Shown in pieces: positions 40,986 to 50,875 of a DNA stretch of 64,000 bases (the stretch's first letter is position 1; every line of letters begins with the position of its first letter). The notes under the pieces are model-generated. The model had not been told where the DNA came from. It did no database searches and worked only from the letters and a program-made list of their open reading frames with translations. The position numbers and the translations under genes are program-made. This DNA comes from Candidatus Velthaea sp. (GTDB lineage Bacteria > Vulcanimicrobiota > Vulcanimicrobiia > Vulcanimicrobiales > Vulcanimicrobiaceae): assembly GCA_965214935.1 (NCBI GenBank), contig CBDCCS010000016.1, forward strand, positions 32,001 to 96,000. Direction: 5' to 3'.

Positions 40986-43495
40986 TAGCGCTGCTGTACC
41001 TCGTCAAGCCGTTCGCGTAGCGCTCGAGCGTCGACGCGCAAACGATCGATCTCGTCGCGCATCGAGCGTAATTCGGCCGGAACCTTTTGCGCTTCGCGTA
41101 CGCGCAGCGCCGCCTCGGCCGCGTCGCGTCGCAAGCGACCGTCATTCTCACCGACCGCTAGCCGATCGAGCGACGGCAAAAGCCGCGCGTCGGCGAGCGT
41201 TTCACACGCGGCATACGCACTTAGCCGCACGCTATAAGCGCCGTCGTCGAAGGTAGCTTCAAGTGCATCGACGCACTGCGTGCGCAAATCTTGCACCAGC
41301 GAACCAAGCCGTCCGATCGCAACGACCGCCGCCCGTCGCAACCCCTCGCCGTTCCCCGGCCGACGGGCCGCCAGCAACAACGGCAGCGCGCGAACGTCGG
41401 CGAGTTCGGCTAGTCCACGCGCCGCACCGGCTTCAATCGTTTGGTTCCAGGATACCGTCGCGACCGCGGCGGCAAGTGCCGCATAGGCACGCTCATCGCG
41501 CGTTTTCCCGACGGCTTCGTATGCCGTAGCAGCGACGAAGTACGACGGATCGTCGGATAAGCACAACAGCGCGGTCGCCGCGTCCGCAGCTCGGAATTGC
41601 CCCAAAGCCGCCGCGATTGCGCGCCGCACTTTCGGATGCGGGTGCGCGACATTCGCCAACAAGACGGCTAGCGCCGAGGGTGCACGGGAGTCGCCCAGGA
41701 CGGCGGCGACTTCGACGCCGACGCCCCAAAACGGGTCGTGCGCCAGTGCGAAGGCGAGCGCCTCGCGAGCGACGCGCGAACCATCTTTGCCCAGCGCCTG
41801 CGCCGCGCGGATACGTCCGGTCGGACTCGGCTCGCAGCGCAACATTGCAGCGCAAACGTCGGCCTCCAGCGCGTATGTGACCGCAGCGAGGATGTACGCA
41901 CCGGGATCGATGCGGACCAACGCCGGTTCGGCATCGAGAGAGACGGCAAAGCGTTCGATCTGCCGCTCGACGCGAAAGCGCATGCGCCGTTCGTGCGGCA
42001 GCGGCCCGTCACCGGCATCGGCGGCGATACCGTCGGGGCGCTGCATGACGAAGCCGCAGTCGATCTCGAAGCGGTACGCCGGATGGTCTGCATCGACGAT
42101 CTGGCGTTGCTCGATCGTCAAATAGGCGGTTTTCCAAGCCGCTTCCCAGTGCAGCGAGATCGTAAGCTCCGGATGGCCGCCACGTTCGATCCACTGATTG
42201 AAGAACGCTCGCATATTGCGTCCCGTCGTCGACTCGATGGCCCGGATGAGGTCGATGGTCTCGACATTTTTTTGGGCGTTGTCGGCGACATAACGCCGCA
42301 GCGACGTACGCAAGCGCTGCCAGCCGAGTTCGCGGCGTAACATGTGCAGCACTGCGCCGGCTTTTTGATACAAATGCGCATCAAAGAGCTCGATCGGATC
42401 GCGGTACGTGTTGCAGACGATCGGACGCCGATAGCGCTCGGCGTCTTCCTCGAGATAATCCGCCACGAGCAAATAAACGTCGTAGAGATATTCATCCCAG
42501 CCGAGATTCGCTTCGCGCCAGACCGCCTCGAAGTAGGTTGCGAAGCCTTCGTTTAGCCAGGCTTGCGACCAGTCACGGCACGTAACGAGATCGCCGAACC
42601 ACTGGTGAGCGAGTTCGTGCGACACGAGCGGATCGCTCGAGAAATCGAGGTGCGCGCGCGCGTCGTGCAGCGTGCGATCCGTCTGCGTTGTCGCCGACGT
42701 ATTCTCCATACCACCGAAAATAAAATCGCGTACCGCAATCTGTCCGTAGCGCGCGTACGGATACGGCACGCCGATGACGGACTCAAAACAATCGATCATG
42801 CGCGGCGTATTGCCGAACGCGCGTTCACCGTCGGCTTCGCGTCCACGTTCGACATAGTACGCAACCGGCAGACGTGCGTGGACTTGTTCGACTTCGGCGT
42901 ATTCACCGGCGACCATCGTTACTAAATAGGTGGCATGCGGGATACGCTGCTCGTATCGAAAGGTCGTCGTCTCGGCCGTATCGGTGCGTGCTACAAGTTC
43001 GCCGTTCGAAAGAGCGAACAGATCTCGCGGCACGACGATCGTCGCCGATGTTGTTTGCTTATCCGCCGGATGATCGAAGCACGGAAACCAGAAGCGGGCA
43101 TCCTGATCTTCGCATTGCGTCCAGAGTTGCCGGCAGCCGTCGACAAAGTATAGCCCGCGACGTGGCTGCACGGCGCGATACGTCACGGCGAAAGTTAGGC
43201 GTTCCCCGGCATCGAGCGGCTCGGCAAATTCGACGACCAACGTCCGGCTCGTCGAATGAAAGCGGAGCGCTGCGCCGCCGGCCGTCACGCTCGTTACGTC
43301 GAGGTCGACGGCATCGAGTCGGACCGCAGCCAGACCATCTTCGATCGCGGCAACCGTTTGCGTGCATACGCCGGAAAGCGTTTTCGCGCTAAAGTCGGGT
43401 TGCAAGTAAAGATCGATGTGCACGACGTCGACGACTTTGTCGGGCGCATAGTGCGGCCGCGCGCCGGCGAGCGCGAAAGGGCGCCGGTCGCTCAA
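40985..43495 (-). CDS. pepN: M1 aminopeptidase with HEAT repeats and C-terminal coiled coil
   Basis: GGMEN, HELAHQWFG..WLNEG, HEAT-like repeats. Confidence 0.92.
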   Translation of the reverse strand: MSDRRPFALAGARPHYAPDKVVDVVHIDLYLQPDFSAKTLSGVCTQTVAAIEDGLAAVRLDAVDLDVTSVTAGGAALRFHSTSRTLVVEFAEPLDAGERLTFAVTYRAVQPRRGLYFVDGCRQLWTQCEDQDARFWFPCFDHPADKQTTSATIVVPRDLFALSNGELVARTDTAETTTFRYEQRIPHATYLVTMVAGEYAEVEQVHARLPVAYYVERGREADGERAFGNTPRMIDCFESVIGVPYPYARYGQIAVRDFIFGGMENTSATTQTDRTLHDARAHLDFSSDPLVSHELAHQWFGDLVTCRDWSQAWLNEGFATYFEAVWREANLGWDEYLYDVYLLVADYLEEDAERYRRPIVCNTYRDPIELFDAHLYQKAGAVLHMLRRELGWQRLRTSLRRYVADNAQKNVETIDLIRAIESTTGRNMRAFFNQWIERGGHPELTISLHWEAAWKTAYLTIEQRQIVDADHPAYRFEIDCGFVMQRPDGIAADAGDGPLPHERRMRFRVERQIERFAVSLDAEPALVRIDPGAYILAAVTYALEADVCAAMLRCEPSPTGRIRAAQALGKDGSRVAREALAFALAHDPFWGVGVEVAAVLGDSRAPSALAVLLANVAHPHPKVRRAIAAALGQFRAADAATALLCLSDDPSYFVAATAYEAVGKTRDERAYAALAAAVATVSWNQTIEAGAARGLAELADVRALPLLLAARRPGNGEGLRRAAVVAIGRLGSLVQDLRTQCVDALEATFDDGAYSVRLSAYAACETLADARLLPSLDRLAVGENDGRLRRDAAEAALRVREAQKVPAELRSMRDEIDRLRVDARALRERLDEVQQR

Positions 43496-44049
43496 ATCCC
43501 GGCTCCATCGTTGAAGGACGCCGAGAACGACGTAGCATCGCTGCGCTCGAGCCGGCTAAAAGAAAGCGCTTCAAGCAGCGCGATCCACTCGCGGTCGTCG
43601 ACGGCGTCACGTAAGCGACGCGACGGACGCGATGCACGCAGCAGATCGTCGCGGCCGATCGTAAAACCGAACCGCCGATTCGCTATCATGCGCTCGAAAC
43701 TCGGGTGACCGTACTCGATGAGCCCGATGTCACGGTCGAGTTCCCACCTGGCGATTGCACCGGCCGGCGCGACAAAAGCAAAGTGCGTGCAGTACGGCAG
43801 ATAACGCTCCCATTTGAGGTCGGTCAGGTAATCGGTGCGCGACGACTTAACTTCGTATATGCGCACTTGCCGCGTGTAGCGGCCGAGGCCGATTACATCG
43901 AAGCGGCAGCTCGTACCCGCCGGTGAAAACTCGCTGGCGACGACGGGATAGCCGAGCCGGCGCATCCGTTCGAGTGCCAACTCGCGCAACTCCGCCGTGG
44001 TTTGCTTCTTGCCGGCCGCAGCACTTAGCGGAATGAAGTCGAGCGCCAT
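43492..44049 (-). CDS. MmcB-like PD-(D/E)XK nuclease-fold protein
   Basis: RFDV..IYEVKSSRTDY.TD.KW..YL.YC..F.F. Confidence 0.8.
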   Translation of the reverse strand: MALDFIPLSAAAGKKQTTAELRELALERMRRLGYPVVASEFSPAGTSCRFDVIGLGRYTRQVRIYEVKSSRTDYLTDLKWERYLPYCTHFAFVAPAGAIARWELDRDIGLIEYGHPSFERMIANRRFGFTIGRDDLLRASRPSRRLRDAVDDREWIALLEALSFSRLERSDATSFSASFNDGAGI

Positions 44050-44071
44050 TATCAGCCGACGTTCGCGGCGC

Positions 44072-45661
44072 TTACTTCGTTGTGCCTTCGCGTTCCCAGC
44101 GTAAAATCTGCAACCCGCCCGGGACGATATCGTCGCAGAACGTCGTATAATATTTGCGCGGCGGAACGCCGGCGTACGAATACTCGAGGACCGGCCCCGG
44201 ACGGACGGCTCCACACGCTTGCGCAAGACGCAACTTAAAGTCCGGCCGGCCGGCGTTCGCCGCAGTCGGATGCAGCGGATCGAGTTCTTCTTTATCGAGG
44301 AAAATTGCCCGCCGCGGATGTTCGGCGTCAGTGTACCAATTGCGCGATTCCCGGCCCTGCCAGTCGTAACCGATGACGACCGGCGTAACGCCGCCGTAAA
44401 AATCGACCACCGACGACAAGCCGTAGCCGTCGGTCATCACGATCGCATCGTTGGCATCGGCCATGTGCCGGACGTCCTGCGCTAGCGGCCAATACGTGAA
44501 GATCTCAAACGGACCGGTATTACGCAACGTCGAGCCGGTGTTGCGGAAAAGCTGGTACGCTTCGCCGGGCGCGACGGCGGCGTAAAAAACGAGCGGCAAC
44601 AACAGCAGCGCGGGCACGACCGATGCGTTGGCCCAGATGATACGCGCGCGGCGTGCTAAGCCGACATACGCGACGCCTAAGCCGATACAAAGCGAGGCAT
44701 ACGGTCCGAACATCCAATGGATCTCGACCGGCTCCATGAGTGCCAACAACGTCAGCAGCCCAATAAGCGGCAAGGCCGTCCACTTGAGCAGGGCATGGCT
44801 GCGCGGCGCAAATGCAACGATAAACGCCCCGATGAAAAAGCCCGGTGAATAGGCTGCAGCCTGCACGGCGTAGAGCGAAAGCGGCCGCAGCAGCTTAAAC
44901 TGCGCAACGTGCCGGCCGACGAACGTGAAGTCGAATGTGAGCCAGTGATGCGTTGCATTCCACCACACAAACGGCGCGTAGACCGCAGCCGCAATGACGA
45001 ACGACCAGCCGAGTCCGGCACTCCAAAGCACGCGCCGGCGCGGAGTGCAGGCGTACATCGCAACGCCGAACAGCAGCGCAAAGGCAAACATGCGCGACAG
45101 CAGCGCTAAGCCCAAAGCGAAGCCGAGTAAAGCAAAATCGAGCCGCCGCCGGCCGTCGAAAGCGCGCACCGCCAGCCACAGCGTCAACGTCCAGAAAGCC
45201 AAAAACGGACCGTCGGGCGTCGCACTTCCGAACGCCATCGAGAACAGCGGCGTCAGCGCGAAAGCAATCGCCGTAACGGCCCCGGCGCGGCGATCGCCGC
45301 GCGCGAGCCGGGTAGCGGTCGCAGCGGCCGCCAGCGTAGCCACGATACCGCAAAGAACAAAGCCGATGCGAACCGCCCCGGGCACCATTCCGAGTCCCGC
45401 AAAAGCGCGGATCGTCCACGCGACGGCCGGCGGGTGATCGACATACCCGAACGCAAGATGCCGCGACCACTCCCAGTAATACGCTTCGTCGCCGGTGAGC
45501 GGAACGCGGTAATCGGCGATCGCCCGCATGATCGTGACCGCGGCGACGATGATCCAGACGGTAACGACGGCGCGCGCGCCCCACGGAACATCGCGCGCGC
45601 CCAAGATGAATGTTGACGGATCGACGCGCCGGACGGGCGCAGTCGTCAAGGTCTTACTCAT
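44072..45661 (-). CDS. GT39/ArnT-like membrane glycosyltransferase
   Basis: DEAYYWEWS..L.FGY.DHPP, TPD.P, many TM segments. Confidence 0.88.
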   Translation of the reverse strand: MSKTLTTAPVRRVDPSTFILGARDVPWGARAVVTVWIIVAAVTIMRAIADYRVPLTGDEAYYWEWSRHLAFGYVDHPPAVAWTIRAFAGLGMVPGAVRIGFVLCGIVATLAAAATATRLARGDRRAGAVTAIAFALTPLFSMAFGSATPDGPFLAFWTLTLWLAVRAFDGRRRLDFALLGFALGLALLSRMFAFALLFGVAMYACTPRRRVLWSAGLGWSFVIAAAVYAPFVWWNATHHWLTFDFTFVGRHVAQFKLLRPLSLYAVQAAAYSPGFFIGAFIVAFAPRSHALLKWTALPLIGLLTLLALMEPVEIHWMFGPYASLCIGLGVAYVGLARRARIIWANASVVPALLLLPLVFYAAVAPGEAYQLFRNTGSTLRNTGPFEIFTYWPLAQDVRHMADANDAIVMTDGYGLSSVVDFYGGVTPVVIGYDWQGRESRNWYTDAEHPRRAIFLDKEELDPLHPTAANAGRPDFKLRLAQACGAVRPGPVLEYSYAGVPPRKYYTTFCDDIVPGGLQILRWEREGTTK

Positions 45662-46424
45662 GCGGCTCGATCCGCCCGCCGTTCACGCCGAGCACCATAC
45701 CGTTGAGATAGTAAGCATCATCTGCGACCGCGAAACACACCGCGTCGGCGACATCTTCCCAGCTTCCCGGATGACCCGTGGGATTGTTTGCAGTTCGCTC
45801 GCGCGCTTGCGCGCGGGTCGCCGACTTGTCGCGGATATCGCCCGGCTCGATAACGTTGACGGTAATGCCGAATTTTGCTTCCTCGAGCGCCAGCGATCGT
45901 GCGAAACTGACGACCCCGGCCTTCGCTGCACCATATAAAGACATTAGCCGCGCCGGCTGCGTGACAGCCGAACCATTCATGCCGAAAAACACCAGTCGTC
46001 CGAATCCCCTTGCTCGCATTTCTGGTAATGCCGCGAATGCCAAGGCAACCGACGAGCCAAGATTACCCTGGATCATGCGCTCGTAGTCATCCATATCCGA
46101 CCCCTTGAACGCCTTGACGACGATCGGACCGACGGCGTTGATGAGAACGTCGACGGCGCCGCGTAATCGGCTGGTTTCTGAAACCGCTTGCGCAGCGCCG
46201 GCGGAAGTCGTTACGTCGCAATCCAGCGCTAAAACGTCCGGATCGTATGGCCGGATCAGACCCAGTGCAGCGTCCGGCGATGTTCCGTCCGAGCGAAAGG
46301 TAAAGGCGATCCGAAAACCCGCGGCTGCGAGCGTGACGGCGATGCCGCGGGCAAGGCCGCCGGCGCCGCCCGTTATAAGAGCAACCCGTGACGTTGCAGC
46401 TTGCCGGTCTCGTTCGCCCCGCAC
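45654..46424 (-). CDS. SDR-family oxidoreductase
   Basis: TGGAGGLA, YGAAKAG, NVIEPG. Confidence 0.9.
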   Translation of the reverse strand: MRGERDRQAATSRVALITGGAGGLARGIAVTLAAAGFRIAFTFRSDGTSPDAALGLIRPYDPDVLALDCDVTTSAGAAQAVSETSRLRGAVDVLINAVGPIVVKAFKGSDMDDYERMIQGNLGSSVALAFAALPEMRARGFGRLVFFGMNGSAVTQPARLMSLYGAAKAGVVSFARSLALEEAKFGITVNVIEPGDIRDKSATRAQARERTANNPTGHPGSWEDVADAVCFAVADDAYYLNGMVLGVNGGRIEPHE

Positions 46425-46496
46425 GGAGTGCTAGTGTCCGGCATGCCGCCTGAGCCGACCTGCCGTCAGGCAGACCGGCATGCCCGACGATACGCC

Positions 46497-47585
46497 TTAT
46501 TGCACCGTAAGCACGCGTGTGACGGGATGCGCCGCTGCGCGGCTGCGCGGGTCCGTCGAGCTAATCACCATTTTGAGGCTCGTTCCCGGCGGCGCGTTTA
46601 TCTGCACGACGGTCGAAAACGAACCGTCCGCGTTGGCGCTTACCTCGTTGCGTACGTTCGCACCGCCGCCTAAACCGAGAATCGAGCCGACTTCGCCCGC
46701 AACGGAATTGGGGTTATTGGCTGCAGCGCCGACTTGAACGACGACTTGCGAGCCCGGTAACGTCCGTCCCGAAACGGTGAACTGCGTGCCGACACCGGCG
46801 CCGTTCGCCGGCACGATATTGGACAAGATATTCTCGACCGCCGAGGTACCCGACGTGAAATACCATTTGCCCTCAAACGGCGCGCCGCTCGCATCGTGCC
46901 CGGTCACCGCGACTTCGTGCCGCATCGATTGCAAATCGGACGGCGGCGAATAGACAAAGCCGCTCGGCGAGCGCGACGTCGATGCGGTAACGTCGAGTTG
47001 ATCGACGCTGATCTTGAGCGAATTCGGATCGGCGGCCGCGCTGAACTGTGCCTCGATCGACGGCCGGCGCGCGGGTACGCTGACGTTGTAGGACGGCTCG
47101 ACTTTGGATAACCGGATCGAGCTGACCGGTGAAGCTGCCGGAGCTGCCGCAGCGGCGCCCGCACTACTCGAGAGGGCGACAATTTTATTCGCGGCGTCAA
47201 AATTAACGCCGGCACCCAAAGCTTGCGAAACGAAGCGCAACGGCACGTAGGTACTCGCACCAACCACAAACGGTGCGACGTCGAGATTTTGCGGCTGACC
47301 GTTGACCGTCGCTTGCGTCGATCCGATCTTGAGCGAAACGGACCGACCGTTACCTTGGGCGTTGATGACCCCGCCTTGATAAACGACCGACGCACCTAAA
47401 CGCTCGAATATTCCGCGCAGCGGAACAAAAACACGACCGGCGCGCTCGGTCGGCGGAGGCGTCAGACTAACCGGCGAGCCGTTGAGCGTTACACTGACGG
47501 ACTGCGCAATAGCGGACTGCGCGCAACTCAACGCCAGAGCGGTAAGAAAAACAGCACCGCGCACTGACGATAATGGTCGAGCCAT
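46497..47585 (-). CDS. Copper amine oxidase N-terminal (stalk) domain secreted protein
   Basis: GRVFVPLRGIFERLGA, TYVPLRFVSQALGA.V. Confidence 0.88.
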   Translation of the reverse strand: MARPLSSVRGAVFLTALALSCAQSAIAQSVSVTLNGSPVSLTPPPTERAGRVFVPLRGIFERLGASVVYQGGVINAQGNGRSVSLKIGSTQATVNGQPQNLDVAPFVVGASTYVPLRFVSQALGAGVNFDAANKIVALSSSAGAAAAAPAASPVSSIRLSKVEPSYNVSVPARRPSIEAQFSAAADPNSLKISVDQLDVTASTSRSPSGFVYSPPSDLQSMRHEVAVTGHDASGAPFEGKWYFTSGTSAVENILSNIVPANGAGVGTQFTVSGRTLPGSQVVVQVGAAANNPNSVAGEVGSILGLGGGANVRNEVSANADGSFSTVVQINAPPGTSLKMVISSTDPRSRAAAHPVTRVLTVQ

Positions 47586-47678
47586 GGGACGTACCTGCCG
47601 ATTGAAAGTGGGTAATGACGGCACGACTGCACCGCATTAGAGCGACGATGCGTGACGTTGCACGGGCGACGGCCGACA

Positions 47679-47765
47679 TGGTGCGCAAGACTGGATTTGA
47701 ACCAGCACGCCCTTGCGAGCGCTAGCACCTCAAGCTAGTGCGTCTACCAATTCCGCCACTCGCGC
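47679..47765 (-). tRNA. tRNA-Leu (anticodon GAG)
   Basis: GCGCGAG acceptor stem, D-loop GGAATTGGTAGAC, CTAGC-TTGAGGT-GCTAG anticodon arm, long variable arm, GGTTCAAATCC, encoded CCA. Confidence 0.96.
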
Positions 47766-47857
47766 ACGAGGCAACCAACGTAGTGTATCCGATGCTGCTT
47801 GACTTCGCAAGCCGGTCGCAGTGCGACCGGCTTGCGCTGGCCCAAAGCCGTTTGGAG

Positions 47858-48325
47858 CTAAGCGGCTACTTCATCTTCGGTGAGAACTTTGCCGATCGCA
47901 GCTTCGATGCGGTCGTAACCTTTATCGCCGGCTTGGAAGTGCCGCAGTTCATGCTGCCGATTGAAGACGTAATACGCCGGTACGAATTGGTTGGCGAACC
48001 GGCCGACGATCGCGTGTTCATTATCGATTGCCGTCGGTTGCGTCAAGCCCATCGCATCGAGCGCATCAGCGGTCACTTTGGAAATATCGAGTTCTTCGGG
48101 GCCGCGCGGCTGATGAATCGCAATAACCTTCAAACCTTGCGGGCCGTACGTGTCGCGCCAGGTGTTGACCTGTTCGACGACGTCATGACAGATGTAACAG
48201 CTGATCGACCAAAAGTGAATCAACAGCGGGTAACCCTCGAGTTCCGCAGCGGGCGGCAGCCCGCCGTTGATCCAGGCCGGAACCCCCTCCAAAGACGGAA
48301 GGGGCGTACGCATACGCAACGGCAC
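47858..48325 (-). CDS. Redoxin/TlpA-like thioredoxin-fold protein
   Basis: HFWSISCYIC, IHQPR, PAYY.F. Confidence 0.88.
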   Translation of the reverse strand: MPLRMRTPLPSLEGVPAWINGGLPPAAELEGYPLLIHFWSISCYICHDVVEQVNTWRDTYGPQGLKVIAIHQPRGPEELDISKVTADALDAMGLTQPTAIDNEHAIVGRFANQFVPAYYVFNRQHELRHFQAGDKGYDRIEAAIGKVLTEDEVAA

Positions 48326-48327
48326 GT

Positions 48328-48882
48328 CTAAGATACCGCGAGGAGCTGCTTACCGGGCGACCATTCGGCCGGGCAAAGTCCACCGGTTTGCAGTGCTTGC
48401 AAAACGCGCAATGTTTCTTCGACCGAACGGCCGACGTTGTCGTCGGTAACCGTCGCATACTTGAGAATGCCGTCCGGATCGATAATGAACAAACCGCGCT
48501 GCGCGGCGCCGGTCTCTTCGTTGAGCACGCCGAAGGCGCGAGCAGTCTGCTTGGTAAAATCGGCGGCTAACGGAAACGCAAGTCCCGCGATGCCGTTCTT
48601 ATCGCGCGGCGTGCTGATCCAAGCAAAGTGGCTAAACACGGAATCCGTCGATGCGCCGAGCACTTCGGCGCCGAGGTCGGTGATCTCATCGTAGCGGTCG
48701 GAAAGCGCGAGAATCTCGGTCGGACAAACGAACGTGAAGTCCAGCGGATAAAAGAAGAATATCAGCCACTTGCCTCGGTAATCTTCCAGACTGATCTCCG
48801 TGCCCAGGTTTTTGGCGCTCGTTGCGCCTTTCGTCGATGCGAGTTTAAATGCGGGTGCCGCTTGGCCGACCTTGGCTAACAC
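48328..48882 (-). CDS. ahpC: 2-Cys peroxiredoxin
   Basis: FYPLDFTFVCPTE, GLCPAEW; GGAGG before GTG 48882. Confidence 0.95.
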   Translation of the reverse strand: MLAKVGQAAPAFKLASTKGATSAKNLGTEISLEDYRGKWLIFFFYPLDFTFVCPTEILALSDRYDEITDLGAEVLGASTDSVFSHFAWISTPRDKNGIAGLAFPLAADFTKQTARAFGVLNEETGAAQRGLFIIDPDGILKYATVTDDNVGRSVEETLRVLQALQTGGLCPAEWSPGKQLLAVS

Positions 48883-48933
48883 GTTGGAATGCCTCCGGTA
48901 TGATTGTTGATTTTCATATTTTGATGTATAAGG

Positions 48934-48956
48934 ATGAAAATGAAATTCATTCTCAT
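48934..48956. promoter_or_regulatory. Fur/PerR-like box
   Basis: ATGAAAATGAAATTCATTCTCAT near-palindrome between divergent ahpC and the fur-family gene. Confidence 0.75.
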
Positions 48957-48980
48957 TTCTTGCTTCGCTCAGGCTAAAGC

Positions 48981-49433
48981 ATGACTTCCGGAGTGTCAAG
49001 CGACGTTTGTAGCGATGGCGCGCTTCGGCTTTCGCGCAATCATGCAAGCGTGCTCGACGTCGTGCGGACCTTGCTTGACGGCGAGCACGCCGGTGCACAT
49101 GAGATCTTCGTACGAGCGCGCGCAACTCACCCGCGACTTGGATTTGCGACCGTTCACCGTGCCCTCATCCGGCTGTACGAGCTGGGTCTGATCTCGAAAG
49201 TCGACGTGCCCGGAGCGGTTTCAGCGATCTACGAGCCAACCGGCACGCCGCACGCGCATTTCCGTTGTTCGATGTGTGGCGACATTCGCGACGTCGCATT
49301 TCAATTGTCGGCCGACCAGCGCGAGATCCTCGCGGCGCAGCTGGGTCTGCAGATTGCCGCCGAATCGCTGACCTTTGCCGGACGCTGCGCGGCCTGCCTT
49401 CAGCGCGAAAGTTCGGCGACCGGAAACATCTGA
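48981..49433 (+). CDS. Fur-family regulator (PerR-like by context)
   Basis: ATVHRAL..L...G, HAHFRC..CG, G.C..C. Confidence 0.9.
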   Translation: MTSGVSSDVCSDGALRLSRNHASVLDVVRTLLDGEHAGAHEIFVRARATHPRLGFATVHRALIRLYELGLISKVDVPGAVSAIYEPTGTPHAHFRCSMCGDIRDVAFQLSADQREILAAQLGLQIAAESLTFAGRCAACLQRESSATGNI

Positions 49434-49912
49434 GAGAGCGTTAGACGGCCGCCGCACGTGCCGCTTGCGACCACGACGTCGATCGGCCGGCGGTCTCCGA
49501 CGAGCACGTCGAACTGACTGATACCGACACACGAACGATCGAATTCGCCATGCGGTGCTTGGCCGTAAAGCGCGAAAAACACCGCGGATCCCGGCGTAAC
49601 CGTGTAAGCAAATATTTTCGTATCGATGAACATTTGGTGCTGAACCTGCAGGTTCGCACGAGTACCGTCGGCTTGATATGCGCGCACGGCGGGGAATCCG
49701 GCCACGCGGCAACTGTGCAGCGAGATGTTGCGTAAAGCGATTCCCGGAATCGCATGGCCGAACGCCCGATGAATCCAGGGAAAGCCCGCGAGCGACGCCG
49801 CGGTACAAGGTGGATAATACGTCGGCGGCTGCGCAAGCTCGAATGCACCGGCCGGCGAACTGCCGACGAACAACGCGGCGCACGCTGCAGCGCGGCTTAA
49901 TAAGCGGCGCAC
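49400..49912 (-). CDS. Secreted hypothetical protein (DUF4232-like)
   Basis: Signal peptide; C.A..L, LRN....C...GFP, PG.A.F. Confidence 0.6.
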   Translation of the reverse strand: MRRLLSRAAACAALFVGSSPAGAFELAQPPTYYPPCTAASLAGFPWIHRAFGHAIPGIALRNISLHSCRVAGFPAVRAYQADGTRANLQVQHQMFIDTKIFAYTVTPGSAVFFALYGQAPHGEFDRSCVGISQFDVLVGDRRPIDVVVASGTCGGRLTLSQMFPVAELSR

Positions 49913-49929
49913 CCGGCCGTAGATGCCGG

Positions 49930-50859
49930 CTACCGCATGTTCGGATCGAGCGCGTCGCGTAAACCGTCACCGAGATAATTAATGGCTAGCACCGTGACGA
50001 GAATGCACAGGCCGGGAAAAATCGCCACCCATGGTGCGATCGTCATGTTCGAGCTCGCATTTGCGAGCATATTGCCCCACGATGCCGTCGGCGGTTGAAT
50101 TCCGAATCCTAAAAACGACAGCGTCGACTCCAAAATAATGATGTTGGCTACTTCAAGCGTGGCTTGCACGATGATCGGTGCGACGGCGTTCGGCAGCAGA
50201 TGCCGAAAGATGATGCGGCTATCCGGATTACCCAGCGCTCGCGCCGCTTCGGCAAATTCACGTTCGCGCAAACTTAAGAATGACGCACGTACGATACGCG
50301 CGACCGCGGGCCATGACAGCAAACCGATAATTAACACGATCGATAGAAAGTTCAGCGATGCTTTGTTGGATGTCGCGGCGACGATCGCGGTGAGCACGAG
50401 CAATAACGGCAGCAGCGGGATCGACAGCACGACGTCCGTCGCGCGCATGATGACGAAATCGATCCAACCGCCGTAGTATCCGGCGATCGCACCGAGTACC
50501 GTGCCGATCGCGATCTCTAAGAAGACGGCGACGACGGCGACCGTCAGCGAGATCCGGGCGCCGAAAATCAGCCGCGCCAGCAAATCGCGACCATTCTCAT
50601 CGGTGCCCAGCCAATGGCCGGCAACGCCCGGAGCGAGCGGGTAACCATTCCAATGCGCCTGATCGATGAAGTTCGGATCGGCCGGCGTAATAATATTGGC
50701 GAATATCGCAATGAAGCCGAGCAAAATAAGAACGACGGCACCGATCGGCGCGATCCGATGCTTGCGAAATCGGCGCCAAACCTTGTTGCGACTCTCGGTA
50801 AATTCGCCGTCCGGCAGAGTCGTCGACGACGCGCTTTGCGCCGGTAATGTCGTCGCCAT
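49930..50859 (-). CDS. oppC: Oligopeptide ABC permease
   Basis: HWLGTD..GRD, EF.EAARALG, RHLLPN. Confidence 0.93.
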   Translation of the reverse strand: MATTLPAQSASSTTLPDGEFTESRNKVWRRFRKHRIAPIGAVVLILLGFIAIFANIITPADPNFIDQAHWNGYPLAPGVAGHWLGTDENGRDLLARLIFGARISLTVAVVAVFLEIAIGTVLGAIAGYYGGWIDFVIMRATDVVLSIPLLPLLLVLTAIVAATSNKASLNFLSIVLIIGLLSWPAVARIVRASFLSLREREFAEAARALGNPDSRIIFRHLLPNAVAPIIVQATLEVANIIILESTLSFLGFGIQPPTASWGNMLANASSNMTIAPWVAIFPGLCILVTVLAINYLGDGLRDALDPNMR

Positions 50860-50875
50860 CAGCGGTTCGTACCGA

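Noticed and set aside
47679..47765. tRNA-Leu as an island integration site
   Set aside because: No integrase or duplicated tRNA 3' end was seen; flanking genes look native.
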